From assembly GCA_030390025.1 (NCBI GenBank), contig JASTWF010000036.1:4094001-4150383 (forward strand): DNA of 56,383 nt, read 5' to 3'. Below, piece after piece: positions 22,640 to 36,335 of the stretch (the first letter of the stretch is position 1; every line of letters begins with the position of its first letter). A program made the position numbers and the translations under genes. The stretch comes from Squalus acanthias. Taxonomy: Eukaryota. A model generated the notes under the pieces. It was not told where the DNA came from. It was given only the letters and a program-made list of their open reading frames with translations, and did no database searches.

Positions 22640-24535
22640 ATCCAACTCTACCTCACTACCAACTCTCTCGTCCTCTCCACTGTCCCGAAATTACCTCCAG
22701 TTCTGGATGAGCAGACATTTCCTCCAAGTAAATATTAGGAAGACTGAAGCCATTGGCTTCGGTCCCCGCCACAAACTCCCTTCCCTAGCCACCGACTCCA
22801 TCCCTCTCCCTGACAACTATCTGAGGCAGAACCAGGCCGTTCGCAACCTTGGTGTCGTATTTGACCCTGAGATGAACTTCCGACCACATGTCCGCTCCGT
22901 CACCATGATCGCCTATTTCCACCTCCGTAACATCGCCGGACTCTGTCCCTTGCCTCAGCTCATCTGCTGCTGAAACCCTCATCCATAACTTTGTTACCAC
23001 GAGACTTGACTATTCCAACACTCTCCTGGCCGGCCTCCCATCTTCCGCCCTACATAAACTTGAGCTCATCCAAAACTCGGCTGCCCGTGTCCTAACTCGC
23101 ACCAAGTCCCGTTCACCCATCGCCCCTGTGCTCGCTGACCTACATTGGCTCCCGGTCCGGCAACACCTCACATTTAAAATTCTAATTTTTGTGTTTAAAT
23201 CCTTCCCTGGCCTCGCCCCTCCCCCTCTCTCTAATCTCCTCCAGCCCTACAACCCTCTGAGATCTCTGCGCTCCTCCAATTCTGGCCAATTGCGCATCCC
23301 CGATTTTAATCGCTCCACCATTGGCAGCCGTGCCTTCAGCTGCCTGGGCCCTAAGCTCTGGAATTCCCTCCCGAAACTTCTCTGCCTCTCTACCTCTCTC
23401 TTAGATGAAGGGACTGAGTGTAACGTATCCAAGTTTGCTGACGATACAAAGTTAGGTGGGAAAGTAAGCTTTGAGCAGGACACAAAGAGGCTGCAAAGGG
23501 ATATAGACACGTTAAGTGAGTGGGCAAAAACATGGCAGATGGAATATAATGTGGAGAAATGTGAAGTTATCGACCTTTGTAGGAAAAATAGAAAAGCAGA
23601 GTATTTTTTAAATGGTGAGAGATTGGGAAATGTTGGTGTTCAAAGGGACCTGGGTGTCCTTGTACATGAATCACTGAAAGTTAACATGCGGGTACAGCAA
23701 GCAATTAGGAAAGCAAATGGTATGTTGGCCTTTATTACAAGAGGATTTGAGTATAAGAGTAAAGAAGTCTGACTGCAATTATATAGGGCCCTGGTGAGAC
23801 CACACCTAGAGTATTGTGTACAGTTTTGGTCTCCTTACCTAAGGAAGGTTATACTTGCCTCAGAGGGAGTGCAACGAAGGTTCACCAGACTGGTTCCTGG
23901 GATGGGGGGATTGTCCTTTGAGGACAGATTGAGTAGACTAGGCCTATATTCTCTAGAATTTAGAAGAATGAGAGGTGATCTCATTGAAACATACAAAATC
24001 TTAAGGTGCTTGACAGGGTAGATGCTGGGAGGATGTTTCCCCTGGCTGGGGAGTCTAGAACCAGGGGTCACAGTCTCAGAATAAGGGGTCGATCATTTAG
24101 GACTGAGATGAGGAGAAATTTCTTCACTCAGAGGGTAGTGAATCTTTGGAATTCTCTACCCCAGAGGGCTGTGGAGGCTCAGTCGTTGAGTATATTCAAA
24201 ACAGAGATCGATAGATTTGTGGATATTAAGGGAATCAAGGGATACGGGGATAGTGCAGGAAAGTGGAGATGAGGTAGAAGATCAGCCATGATCTTATTGA
24301 ATAGCGGAGCAGGCTCGAGGGGCCGAATGGCCGACTCCTGCTCCTATTTCTTATGTTCTCTTTTCCTTTAAGACCCTCCTTAAAACTTATCTCTTTGACC
24401 AAGCATTTGGTCACCTGCCCTAATTTCTCCTCATGTGGCTCGGTGTCAAATTTTGTTTGATAATCGCTCCTGTGAAGCGCCTTGGGATGTTTTACTACGT
24501 TAGAGGTGCTAGATAAATATAAATTGTTGTCGTTG
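22640..24535 (+). mobile_element. L2 fragment interrupted by a CR1 fragment (23401-24358)
   Basis: L2 motifs KTEAI..., VRNLGVVFD, LADLHWLP; the ORF switches to CR1 LDEGTECNVSKFADDTKL at 23401 and L2 resumes at ~24360. Confidence 0.88.
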
Positions 24536-24784
24536 TTTTCCGGTGACTCCTGGAAATTGTGTGTGTGGATGTCTGTCGACTTGGGTGAGGAGAGGTTCAG
24601 GCTTAGCGGTGAACATGCCAGTGGACACGCGTGGTCTGGCTCATGCGTAAAGAATGGCCAAGTGGGTGAAGTAGGGGAAGGGTGCCAGTGGGGTAACAAT
24701 TATCACCTGGAACCATACCCGGGCATGAGGCAGTGCCTTCAAGGGAGGGGAGAAATTATTCATCAGCGCCCTATGAACTAAAGA

Positions 24785-26165
24785 AGGACTTGCACCTTTG
24801 ATGGCATCAGGACGTCCCAAAGCGCTTTACAGCCAATGAAGTACTTTTTGAAGTGTAGTCACTGTTGTAATGTGGGAAACGTGGCAGCCAATTTGCGCAC
24901 AGCAAGCTCCCACAAACAGCAATGTGATAAATGACCTGATCATCTGTTTTAGTGATGTTGGTTGAGAGATAAATTAGGGGGCATAGATTTAAAGTAATTG
25001 GGAGAAGGATTAGAGGGGATTTGAGGAGAACTTTTCTCACCCAGAGGGTGGTGGGGGTCTGGAACTCACTGCCTGAAAGGATGGTAGAGGCAGAGACCCT
25101 CATTGCATCTAAAAAGTACTTGGATATGCGCTTGAAGTGCTGTAACCTACAGGGCTACGGACCAAGAGCTGGGAAGTGGGATTAGGCTGGAGAGCTCTTT
25201 GTCGGTCGGCCCAGACACGATGGGCCGAATGGCCTCCTTCTGTGCCGTAAATTTCTATGATTCTATAAATATGAGACCCCATGACACCGGGGAGAACTCC
25301 CCTGCTCTTCTTCAAAACAGAGCTGTGGGATCTTTTACACCCACCTGAGAGGGCAGACAGGGCCTCGGTTCAACATCTCCTCCGAAAGATGGCACCTCTT
25401 CCAGTGCAGCACTCCCTCAGTACTGCCCCTCTGACAGTGCGGCGCTCCCTCAGTACTGCCCCTCTGACAGTGCGGCGCTCCCTCAGTACTGCCCCTCCGA
25501 CAGTGCTGCCCTCCCTCAGTACTGCCCCTCCGACAGTGCTGCCCTCCCTCAGTACTGACCCTCCGACAGTGCAGCACTCCCTCAGTACCGCCCCTCCGAC
25601 AGTGCAGCACTCCCTCAGTACTGCCTCTCTGACAGTGCGGCGCTCCCTCAGTACTGCCCCTCCGACAGTGCTGCCCTCCCTCAGTACTGCCCCTCCGACA
25701 GTGCGGCGCTCCCTCAGTACCGCCCCTCCGACAGTGCAGCACTCCCTCAGTAGTGCCCCTCCGACAGTGCGGCGCTCCCTCAGTACCGCCCCTCCGACAG
25801 TGCAGCACTCCCTCAGTAGCGCCCCTCCGACAGTGCGGTGCTCCCTCAGTACCGCCCCTCCGACAGTGCGGCGCTCCCTCAGTACCGCCCCTCCGACAGT
25901 GCAGCACTCCCTCAGTAGCGCCCCTCCGACAGTGCGGCGCTCCCTCAGTACCGCCCCTCCGACAGTGCAGCACTCCCTCAGTAGCGCCCCTCCGACAGTG
26001 CGGTGCTCCCTCAGTACTGCCCCTCCGACAGTGCAGCGCTCCCTCAGTACCGCCCCTCCGACAGTGCGGCCCTCCCTCAGTCCAGCACTGGAGTGTCAGC
26101 CTCTGGAGTGGGACTGTGAACCCACCACCTTCTGACTTCAAGGCAGGAGTGCTACCCACTGAATC
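24785..26165 (-). mobile_element. SINE carrying a CR1 3' insertion (24975-25265, +) and an internal minisatellite expansion
   Basis: SINE tail at 24785-24974 and body/head at 25283-26165; ataaat is duplicated around the CR1 piece. Confidence 0.8.
25403..26085. repeat. 30-bp minisatellite (~22 copies) derived from SINE internal sequence
   Basis: The unit cagtactgcccctccgacagtgcggcgctccct matches the single-copy SINE segment cctccgacagtgcagcactccc at ~15360. Confidence 0.9.
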
Positions 26166-26525
26166 TCTGGCTGGCACCTGCAAAGTGAGAACTCTGATGG
26201 GATTCAGCCCTATCAATAATCTTAAACTTAGTATAACCACATAGATCAGTTAGGCTGGCTGGACTCATTTACAGCAGAATTTGCTGCAAGGTCAGTTACA
26301 GCACAAGTCAGATATAAGTCAAGCTCTCCTTAGAATAGGCCAATCAGGCCTAACTTTAGACTCGGATTCCTAATGCCCAGCATGACAGATCTGTTACTCA
26401 CACCATCTATTTATACAGCATCTATGAGAGTGATTTGCCCAATTGGTGCCAGCCAGTACGTGGGTAGTTTTGTACTGAATTTATATTCACTCAGAACCAG
26501 ACTGGGATTGCCCATACTAATTTCT

Positions 26526-28258
26526 TTAGAAACATAGAAACATAGAAATATAGGAGCAGGAGTAGGCCATTCGGCCCTTCGAGCCTACTCTGCCATTCAA
26601 TATGATCATGGCTGATCCTCTATCGCAATACCATATTCCCGCTCTCTCCCCATACCGCTTGATGCCTTTTGTGTCTAGAAATCTATCTATCTCCTTCTTA
26701 AATATATTCAGTGACTTGGCCTCCACAGCCTTCTGTGGTAGAGAATTCCACAGGTTCACCACCCTCTGAGTGAAGAAATTTCTCCTCATCTCAGTCCTAA
26801 ATGTCCTACCCCGTATCCTGAGACTGTGACCCCTTGTTCTGGATCCCCCAGCCAGGGGAAACATCCTCCCTGCATCCAGTCTGTCTAGCCCTGTCAGAAT
26901 TTTATACGTTTCAATGAGATCCCCTCTCATTCTTCTAAACTCTAGTGAATATAAACCTAATCGACCCAATCTCTCCTCATACGTCATTCCTGCCATCCCA
27001 GGTATCAGTCTGGTGAATCTTCGCTGCACTCTCTCCATGGCAAGAACATTCTTCCTCAGATAAGGTGACCAAAACTGCACACAATACTCAAGGTGTGGTC
27101 TCACCAAGGCCTTGTATAACTGCAGCAAGACATCCTTGCTCCTGTACTCGAATCCTCTCGCTATGAAGGCCAACATACCATTTGCCTTCTTAACCGTCTG
27201 CTACACCTGCATGCTTACCTTCAGCGACTGGTGCACAAGGACACCCAGGTCTCATTGTACTTCCCCTTTTCCCAATCTAGTGCCGTTCAGATAATAAACT
27301 GTCTTCCTGTTTTTGCCACCGAAGTGGATAACCTCGCATTTATCCACATTATACTGCATTTGCCATGCATCTGCCCAATCACCCAATCTGTCCAAATCAT
27401 ACTGGAGTTTCTCTGCATCCTCCTCACAGCACACACGCCCACCCAGCTTTGTGTCGTCTGCAAACTTGGAGATATTACATCTAGTTCCCTCATCTAGATC
27501 ATTTATATATATTGTGAATAGCTGAGGTCCTAGCATCGATCCCTGCGGTACCCCACTAGTCACTGCCTGCCACTCGGAAAAAGACCCGTTTATTCCAACT
27601 CTTTGCTTCCTGTGCCAAGACAGTACCTTACCCCCAATCCCATGTGCTTTAACTTTGCACGCTAATCTCTTATGCGGGACCTTATCAAAAGCCTTCTGAA
27701 AGTCCAAATACACCACATCCACTGGTTCTCCTTTATCTATTCTACCAGTTACATCCTCAAAAAATTCCAGTACATTAGTCAAGCATGATTTACCTTTTGT
27801 AAATCCATGTTGACTTTGTCCGATCCTGTCACTGTTTTCCAAGTGCTCTGCTATTACATCTTTTATAATGGACTCTAGCATTTTCCCCACTACCGATGTC
27901 AGGCTAACCAGTCTATAATTCCCTGTTTTCTCTCTACCACCTTTTTAAATAGTGGGGTTACATTAGCTATCCTCCAATCCATGGGAACTGTTCCAGAGTC
28001 TATAGAGTTTTGGAAGATGACCAGCAATGCATCTACTATTTCTAGGGCCACTTCCTTAAGTACCCTAGGATGTAGATTATCAGGCCCTGGGGATTTATCG
28101 GCCTTCAATCCCGTCAATTTCCCTTACACCATTTCCCTACAAATAGTGATTTCATTCAATTCCTCCCTCTCATTAGACCCTATGTTCCCCGACATCTCTG
28201 GGAGGTTATTTGTGTCCTCCTTTGTGAAGACAGAACCAAAGTATGTATTTAATTGGTC
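26526..28258 (-). mobile_element. CR1 LINE ORF2 3' portion with a few frameshifts
   Basis: KSPGPDNLHPRVLKE, QHGFTKGKSCLTN, YLDFQKAFDKVPH, KFADDTKL and a (ttctatgt)n tail. Confidence 0.95.
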
Positions 28259-28309
28259 TCAATTCAGAAGGTCTTTGTAACTTTTGAGAGTTTTCTGATG
28301 CTGAATTGT

Positions 28310-28735
28310 TATGGGTTCGAGTCCCACTCCAGAGACTTGAGCACAAAAATCTAGGCTGACACTCCAGTGCAGTGCTGAGGGAGTGCCGCACTGTCGGAGG
28401 TGCCGTCTTTCGGATGAGACGTTATACCGAGGCCCCGTCTGCTCTCTCAGGTGGATGTAAAAGATCCCATGGCACTATTTTGAAGAAGAGCAGGGGGGAG
28501 TTCTCCCGGTGTCCTGGGGCCAATATTTATCCCTCAACCAACAGCACTAAAACAGATTATCTGGTCATTATCACATTGCTGTTTGTGGGAGCTTGCTGTG
28601 TGTAAATTGGCTGCTGCGTTTCCCACATTACAACAGTGACTACACTTCAAAAAGTACTTCATTGGCTGTAAAGCGCTTTGCGACGTCCGGTGGTCATGAA
28701 AGGCGCTATAGAAATGCAAGTCTTTCTTTCTTTTA
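28310..28735 (+). mobile_element. SINE lacking the A box
   Basis: B box ggttcgagtccc, core and tail of the same family. Confidence 0.8.
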
Positions 28736-29259
28736 AATGTTGTTTTCCGATTACCTCTTTTTTTCTCCTCCCCACCCATCCCCCCCAATTCTGTCCCCAT
28801 CTCTTTGGAAGATGGCTGATTCTTGCTGGGGTAGCAGTTCCATAGGTGCTGGTTGCAATCCGGTTCCTCACCCAAGGGGCCTTTCTTCACGGGTGAGGTT
28901 GGATATTTGACTGTCAGCAGGTCATTTGATTGCGGGGAGGCGGGTGTGGGTGTTATCACGGCTGAGGCCCAATCCCGTCCTCCCCTGACATCACATGCAC
29001 AGGCGTTTCCTGGATAGTGATCAGGAACAGGAACCCTGGACGATTTCCCCCTCTCTGTAGCTTGGGGGCGGTAAGTATCGAGCTAACCTCAACTCGTATT
29101 TCCTGTCGGGACAGTCAAGATCGAGCCCTCACAGGCTGCATCTGATGGAAAAACACAGTCGTAAATTTAGTTGCTGTCTTTAAGGGTACCGTTCCCTTCT
29201 AAACTTGGATATCATGTGGTTCGTATCAAATACAGTGAGAACATCTGAATTTCAGGTCG

Positions 29260-30520
29260 TGGAATTTTTTGAGGATGTAACTGGTAGAATAGATAAGGGA
29301 GAACCAGTGGATGTGGTGTATTTGGACTTTCGGAAGGCTTTCGATAAGGTTCCGCATAAGAGATTAGCGTGCAAAGTTAAAGCACATGGGATTGGGGGTA
29401 AGGTACTGACTTGGATAGAAAACTGGTTGGCAGACAGGAAGCAAAGAGTTGGAATAAACGGGTCTTTTTCCGAGTGGCAGGCAGCGACTAGTGGGGTACC
29501 GCAGGGATTGGTGCTTGGACCCCAGTTATTCACAATATATATTAATGATCTAGACGAGGGAACTAGATGTAATATCTCCAAGTTTGCAGACGACACAAAG
29601 CTGGGTGGGCGTGTGTGCTGTGAGGAGGATGCAGAGAAACTCCAGTATGATTTGGACAGGTTGGGTGATTGGGCAGATGCATGGCAGATGCAGTATAATG
29701 TGGATAAATGCGAGGTTATCCACTTTGGTGGCAAAAACAGGAAGGCAGATTATTATCTGACCGGCAATATATTGGGAAAAGGGGAAGTGCAACGAGACCT
29801 GGGTGTCCTTGTGCACCAGTCGCTGAAGGTAAGCATGCAGGTGCAGCAGGCGGTTAAGAAGGCAAATGGTATGTTGGCCTTCATAGCGAGAGGATTCGAG
29901 TACAGGAGCAAGGATGTCTTGCTGCAGTTGTACAGGGCCTTGATGAGACCACACCTTGAGTATTGTGTGCAGTTTTGGTCGCCTTATCTGAGGAAGGATG
30001 TTCTTGCCATGGAGGGAATGCAGCAAAGATTCACCAGACTGATACCTGGGATGGCAGGAATGACGTATGAAGAGAGATTGGGTCGATTAGGCTTGTATTC
30101 GCTAGAGTTTAGAAGAATGAGAGGGGATCTCATTGAAACTTATAAAATTCTAACAGGACTAGACAGACTAGATGCAGGAAGGATGTTCCCGATGGCGGGG
30201 GAGTCCAGAACCAGGGGTTACAGTGTAAAGATAAGGGGTAAGCCATTTAGGACTGAGATGAGGAGGAATTTCTTCACCCAGAGAGTGGTGAACCTGTGGA
30301 ATTCTCAACCACAGAAGACAGTTGAGTCCAATTCATTAAATATATTCAAGAAGGAGTTAGATGTATTTCTTAAGGCTAAAGGGATCAAGGGATATGGGGA
30401 GAAAGCAGGGACAGGGTACTGAATTTGGATGATCAGCCATGATCTCATTAAATGGCGGAGCAGGCTCGAGGGGCCGAATGGCCTACTCCTGCTCCTATCT
30501 TCTATGCTTCTATGTTTCCA
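29260..30520 (+). mobile_element. CR1 LINE 3' portion with an open RT frame
   Basis: ORF 29205-30422: [37 protein letters not shown]. Confidence 0.95.
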
Positions 30521-31254
30521 TGTGCCTCTTACATAATACCACATAATGTCATGAGTAGTGAGCCTGACAGTGGTAAAGTTGAAGGACTAGGGGACTTATG
30601 TTCAAGTTATTTTATGGAGGTCTTCAATCCTCATGTCCCAAACCAACTTTTTTTCTCCCCTTTTTCCCCACCTCAATTTTCTCTCCTTTTCTTCCCAATT
30701 TTCTCCTCCTCTGGAAGGTGTTATCTCAGGCTGGGATACAGATCTACAGCCACCATTGCGCCTCCAGCACCTTCTCCCAGGCGCCGTTCTTCATACATGG
30801 GCCTGGACAGTTTGAGTGTGGACAAGTTATCCAACAGTGGTGGCCTGTTCCAATTCTCCTCAGGGCCCGGAGTCGCTGGACAGCAATCAGGAGTAGAGAT
30901 GGGGGGCTGATTTTTTTTTCTCCCTCCCTAACTTGGGCCACGAAGGCCAATTGGAGCATCTCTACCGCTTCCCCAGCGGAGTTCTGCTCACACAGCACAG
31001 GCCTGTGGCTCAGTGGGAGAATTCACGACTTGGAGCCAGAAGGTGTAGGGTTTAATCCCCGCTCCAGACAGTCCCACTGAGTGGAGACCGCAGCTCTGGC
31101 TCTGAATTCTGGGTGACATCCAGCCCAATCCTCGTGTCTGGTGGGTGTGAGCAGTCCCTCCCTCATTATATGGGTTGTGGGAACCCATAAACCCCTCCTG
31201 CCGTATCAGGCTAACCCTCCTATCTGCTGGGCCAGCCACATAAATAATGTGGCA

Positions 31255-31860
31255 ACAAGAGCAGGTCAGAGGCTGGGTATTCTGCGGCGAGGTCTCACCT
31301 CCTGACTCCCCAAAGCCTTTCCACCATCTACAAGGCACAAGTAAGGAGTGTGATGGAATACTCTCCACTTGCCTGGATGAGTGCAGCTCCAACAACACTC
31401 AAGAAGCTCGACACCATCCAGGACAAAGCAGCCCGCTTGATTGGCACCCCATCCAGCACCTTAAACATTCACTCCCTCCACCAGCGGCGTACTGTGGCTG
31501 CAGTGTGTACCATCTACAAGATGCACTGCAGCAACTTGCCAAGGCTTCTTCGGCAGCACCTCCCAAACCCGCGACCTCTTCCACCTAGAAGGACAAGGGC
31601 ATCAGGTGCATGGGAACACCACCACCTCCAAGTTCCCCTCCAAGTCACACACCATCCTGACTTGGAAATATATCGCCGATCCTTCATCGTCGCTGGGTCA
31701 AAATCCTGGAACTCCCTCCCTAACAGCACTGTGGGAGTACCTTCACCACACGGACTGCAGCGGTTCAAGAAGGTGGCTCACCACCACCTTCTCGAGGGCA
31801 ACTTGGGATGGGCAATAAATGCTGGCCTTGCCAGCGACGCCCACATCCCACAAATGAATT
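31255..31860 (+). mobile_element. Non-LTR retrotransposon 3' fragment (CR1-group)
   Basis: YKAQVRSVMEYSPLAWMSAAPTTLKKLDTIQDKAARLIG...SWNSLP. Confidence 0.85.
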
Positions 31861-32524
31861 TAAAATAAAGGTGGTTACGGCCCATGGAAGGAGTGTTCCC
31901 GTCATGGCCTGTCGGACCGTTAATCAGCCTGCAAATTTTTCCACGACTTCATACTGTTCTCCAAGGGAAGACTGAGAAGATGCAACAACGCAGACTGGGA
32001 AGTTATTCGAGCTCAATTTGCCTGCCATTTTCCATAAAGCAGAACGCTGCTGTCAAGGCTAATTCTTAAGTCACAAAACTGCGCACCACTTCAATGTATT
32101 TTACTTCAAATTTTAATCCTTTCAGGCAGTGAAAGATGAGTTTTCTTCTCATCAATCTTTGTGTTGGGAGATGGAATGTATCTTCATGCCTTTCGCACCC
32201 GGTGTTAAGTATCCCCAGGTCAAGTATGTACAAGTTAAATGCAGTCCAAGTTTCGAGTTAGGGACAGCGCAGTTTCTACTAACCTACCCTAATGCGCTAC
32301 CTTAATCACAACCTTTTAACGAGCAGTGTGTCATTTCCATCTATCTCCCCAGCTTTCACTGCCCACCCCGACTCACCCCCCGCCCCCCCCCGCAGCCCCT
32401 TCTCCCTCGAGTGAGAATGATCATTTCGCACAAATTGGCACAAAGTTTTCAGTAGCTTTCTGCTGGGAACTCAGGCCTGCTGGTAACTGAGTTGGGACTG
32501 CAGCAGCTCATATTCCTTAGCCTT

Positions 32525-35500
32525 GAGAGAGAGAGAGAACGTAAGAGAGAGAACGACAGAGAGAACGAGCGAGAGAGGGAATGAGAAAGTGAGCGAGAGA
32601 GCGAGAGAAAACGAGAGAGAGAGAGAATGAGTGAGAGAGAGAGAACGAGAGAGAGAGAGAACGAGCGAGAGAGGGAACAAGAAAGTGAGCGAGGGAGAGA
32701 GAGAAAATGAGCGAGAGAGAGAATGAGTGAGAGAGAGAGAACGAGAGAGAGAGAGAATGAGAGGGAGCGAACGAGAGAGAGAGACAGAGAGAGAGAAAAC
32801 GAGAGAGAGAGAGAGAAAATGAGAGAGAGAGAGCGAGAGACAGAGAGAGAGAGAAAACAAGAGAGAGAAAGAATGAGAGAGAGAGAGAGAATGAGCGAGA
32901 GAGAGAGAATAAGAGAGAGAGAGAATGAGAGAGAGAGAGAATGAAAGAGAGAGAGACAGAGAGAGAGAGAGAATGAGCGAGAGAGAGAGAATGAAAGACA
33001 GAGAGACAGAGAGAGAAAACGAGAGAGAGAGAGAGAGCGAGAGAGAATGAGAGAGAGAGAATGAGAGAGAGAAAATGAGAGAGAGAATGAGAGAGCGAGA
33101 GGACGAGAGAGAGAGAACGAGCGAGAGAGAGAGAGAATGAGAAAGAGAGAGAACGAGAGAGAGAACGAGAGAGAGAGAACGAGCGAGAGAGAGAGAGAAT
33201 GAGAGAGAGAGAACGAGCGAGAGAGAGAGAGAATGAGAGAGAGAGGCTGAGAGAGAAAGAGAATGAGAGAGAGAGAGAACGAGAGAGAGAGAGACCGAGA
33301 ACGAGAGAGAGAGAGAGACAGAGACAGAGAGAGAGAGAGAACGAGAGAGAGACAGAGAATGAGAGAGAGAGAGAGAATGAGAGAGAGAGAGAATGAAAGA
33401 GAGAGAGACAGAGAGAGAAAATGAGAGAAAGAGAGAGAGAGAATGAGAGAGAGAGAGAGAAAACGAGAGAGAGGGAGAGAGAGAGAGAATGAGCGAGAGA
33501 GACAGAATGAAAGACAGAGAGACAGAGAGAGAAAACGAGAGAGAATGAGAGAGAGCGAGAGAATGAGAGAGAGAATGAGAGAGAGAGAGAATGAGAGAGA
33601 GAGAGAGAGAACGAGCGAGAGAGAGAGAATGAGAGAGAGAGAGAATGAGAGAGAGAGACTGAGAGAGAGAGAGAATGAGAGAGAGAGAGAACGAGAGAGA
33701 ACGAGAGAGAGAGAGAGAACGAGCGAGAGAGAGAATGAGAGAGAGAGAGAATGAGAGAGAGAGAGACTGAGAGAGAAAGAGAATGAGAGAGAGAGAATGA
33801 GAAAGAGAGAGAGAGAGACCGAGAACGAGAGAGAGAGAGAGACAGAGACAGAGAGAGAGAACGAGAGAGAGACAGAGAATGAGAGAGAGAGAGAGAATGA
33901 GAGAGAGAAAGACAGAGAGAGAAAACGAGAGAAAGAGAGAGAGAGAATGAGAGTGAGAGAGAAAACGAGAGAGAGGGAGAGAGAGAGAGAATGAGCGAGA
34001 GAGACAGAATGAAAGACAGAGAGACAGAGAGAGAAAACGAGAGAGAATGAGAGAGAGCGAGAGAGAATGAGAGAGAGAAAATGAGAGAGAGAATGAGAAT
34101 TCATTAGACTCGGGAACAGTGCCCATGGATTGGAGGGTAGCTAACGTTACCCCACTATTCAAAAAGGGGGGTAGGGAAAAAGCAGGTAATTACAGACCTG
34201 TAAGCCTTACATCAGTTGTGGGCAAAATGCTGGAGTCCATCATTAAGGATGAAATAGCCGAGCACTTAGCAAATGGGGACAGGATAGGACAGAGTCAACA
34301 TGGATTTACAAAGGGTAAATCGTGCTTGACTAATCTATTGGAATTTTTTGAGGGAGTAACTGGTAAAATAGATGGGGGAGAGCCAGTAGATGTGGTGTAC
34401 CTGGACTTCCAAAAGGCCTTCGATAAGGTCCCACATAAAAGATTAGCAGGGAAAATTGAAGCTCATGGGATAAAGGGGAAAGTATTGACGTGGATAGAGA
34501 ACTGGCTGTCAGATAGAAAACAGAGAGTTGGAATAAACGGCTCATTTTCTGAATGGCAGGCAGTAACAAGTGGGGTACCACAGGGATCTGTCCTGGGTCC
34601 CCAGCTGTTCACAATTTATATTAATGACCTGGATCAGGGAGTCGAATGCAGCATTTCCAAATTTGCAGACGACACTAAACTAGGAGGGGGGGTGGGCTCA
34701 GAGGAGGAGACCAGGAAGCTCCAGAGCGATTTGGACAGACTGGGTGATTGGGCGGATAAATGGCAGATGCACTATAATGTGGACAAGTGCGAAGTTATCC
34801 ACCTTGGGTGCAGGAACGGGAGGGCAAATTATTATTTAAATGGCAATAAATTGGGAGAGGGGGAAGTACAGAGAGACCTGGGTGTTCTTGTACACCAGTC
34901 ACTGAAGGCGAGCATGCAGGTGCAACAGGCGGTCAAGAAGGCAAACGGTATGCTGGCCTTCATAGCAAAAGGGTTGGAATACAGGAACAGGGATACCTTG
35001 CTGCAGCTGTACAGGGCACTGGTGAGACCACACCTCGAGTACTGTGTACAGTTTTGGTCGCCTCATCTGAGGAAAGATGTTCTTGCCATGGAGGGGGTGC
35101 AGCGGCGATTCACCAGACTGATACCAGGAATGGCGGGATTGACCTATGAGGAGAGACTATGTAGTTTAGGGATGTACACACTGGAGTTTAGAAGATTGAG
35201 AGGGGACCTCATAGAAGTGTATAAAATTCTGACAGGTCTAGACAGATTAGATGCAGAAGGAATGTTTCCCTTGGCGGGTGAGAACAGAACTAGAGGACAT
35301 AATTTAAGGATAAGGGCTAAACCATTTAGGACAGAAATGAGGGGGAATTTCTTCACTCAGAGAGTGGTGAACCTGTGGAACTCATTGCCACAGAGGGCAG
35401 TGTACGCCAGCTCATTAAATATATTTAAGAGGGAATTAGATATATTTCTACAGGCAAAAGGGGTTAAGGGTTACGGAGAGAAGGCGGGGACGGGATACTG

Positions 35501-36223
35501 AATTGAAGGATCAGCCATGATCTCATTAAATGGCGGAGCAGGCTCGAAGGGCCGGATGGCCTACTCCTGCTCCTATCTTCTATGTATCTATGTATCTATG
35601 AGAGAGAGAGAGAATGAGAGAGAGAGAGAGAACGAGCGAGAGAGAGAGAATGAGAGAGAGACTGAGAGAGAGAGAGAATGAGAGAGAGAGAGAATGAGAG
35701 AGAGAGAGAACGAGAGAGAACAAGCGAGAGAGAGAATGAGAGAGAGAGAGAATGAGAGAGACTGAGAGAGAGAGAGACTGAGAGAGAGAGAGAGAATGAG
35801 AGAGAGAGAATGAGAGAGAGAGAGCGAGAGAGAGAGAATGAGAGCGAGAGAGAGAATGAGAGCGAGAGAGACTGAGAGAGAGAGAATGAGTGAGAGAAAG
35901 AGAATGAGAGAGAGAGAATGAGAGAGAGAGAATGAGAGAGAGAGAGAATGAAAGAGAGAGAGACAGAGAGAGAGAGAGAGAATGAGAGAGAGAATGAGAG
36001 AGAGAGAGAATGAGAGAGAGAGAGAATGAGAGAGAGAGAGAGAGAGAGAATGAGAGAGAGAGAGACAGAGAGAGAAAACGAGAGAGAGAGAGAGAATGAG
36101 ATCGAGAGAGAGAATGAGAGCGAGAGAGACTGAGAGAGAGAGAATGAGTGAGAGAAAGAGAATGAGAGAGAGAGAGAATGAGAGAGAGAATGAGAGAGCG
36201 AGAGAGAGAATGAGAGAGAGAAT

Positions 36224-36255
<32 letters not shown>

Positions 36256-36303
36256 CAGAGAGAGAGAGAGAATGAGAGAGAGAGAATGAGAGAGAGAGAG
36301 AAT

Positions 36304-36335
<32 letters not shown>

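Noticed and set aside
23128..23772. Apparent L2-CR1 fusion protein
   Set aside because: A chance in-frame junction where CR1 inserted into L2; L2 resumes after the CR1 tail.
25281..26244. Mucin-like (STAPPTVRRSL)n and other repeat ORFs
   Set aside because: They come from a 30-bp SINE-derived unit that is open in several frames on both strands.
26402..31971. Possible linking micro-exons (20 nt near 26402-26421, 17 nt near 31955-31971, 54 nt at 30533-30586)
   Set aside because: Several mutually exclusive candidates fit, as expected by chance; none can be chosen without RNA data.
32449..32522. Possible exon AKEYELLQSQLSYQQA after the CT tract
   Set aside because: All frames stop within ~25 codons, there is no good donor, and the acceptor is supplied by the microsatellite.
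29205..35501. 405-aa and 460-aa RT ORFs as domesticated genes or active elements
   Set aside because: They are ordinary 5'-truncated CR1 copies with no endonuclease domain, ORF1 or promoter. An open frame is explained by recent insertion.
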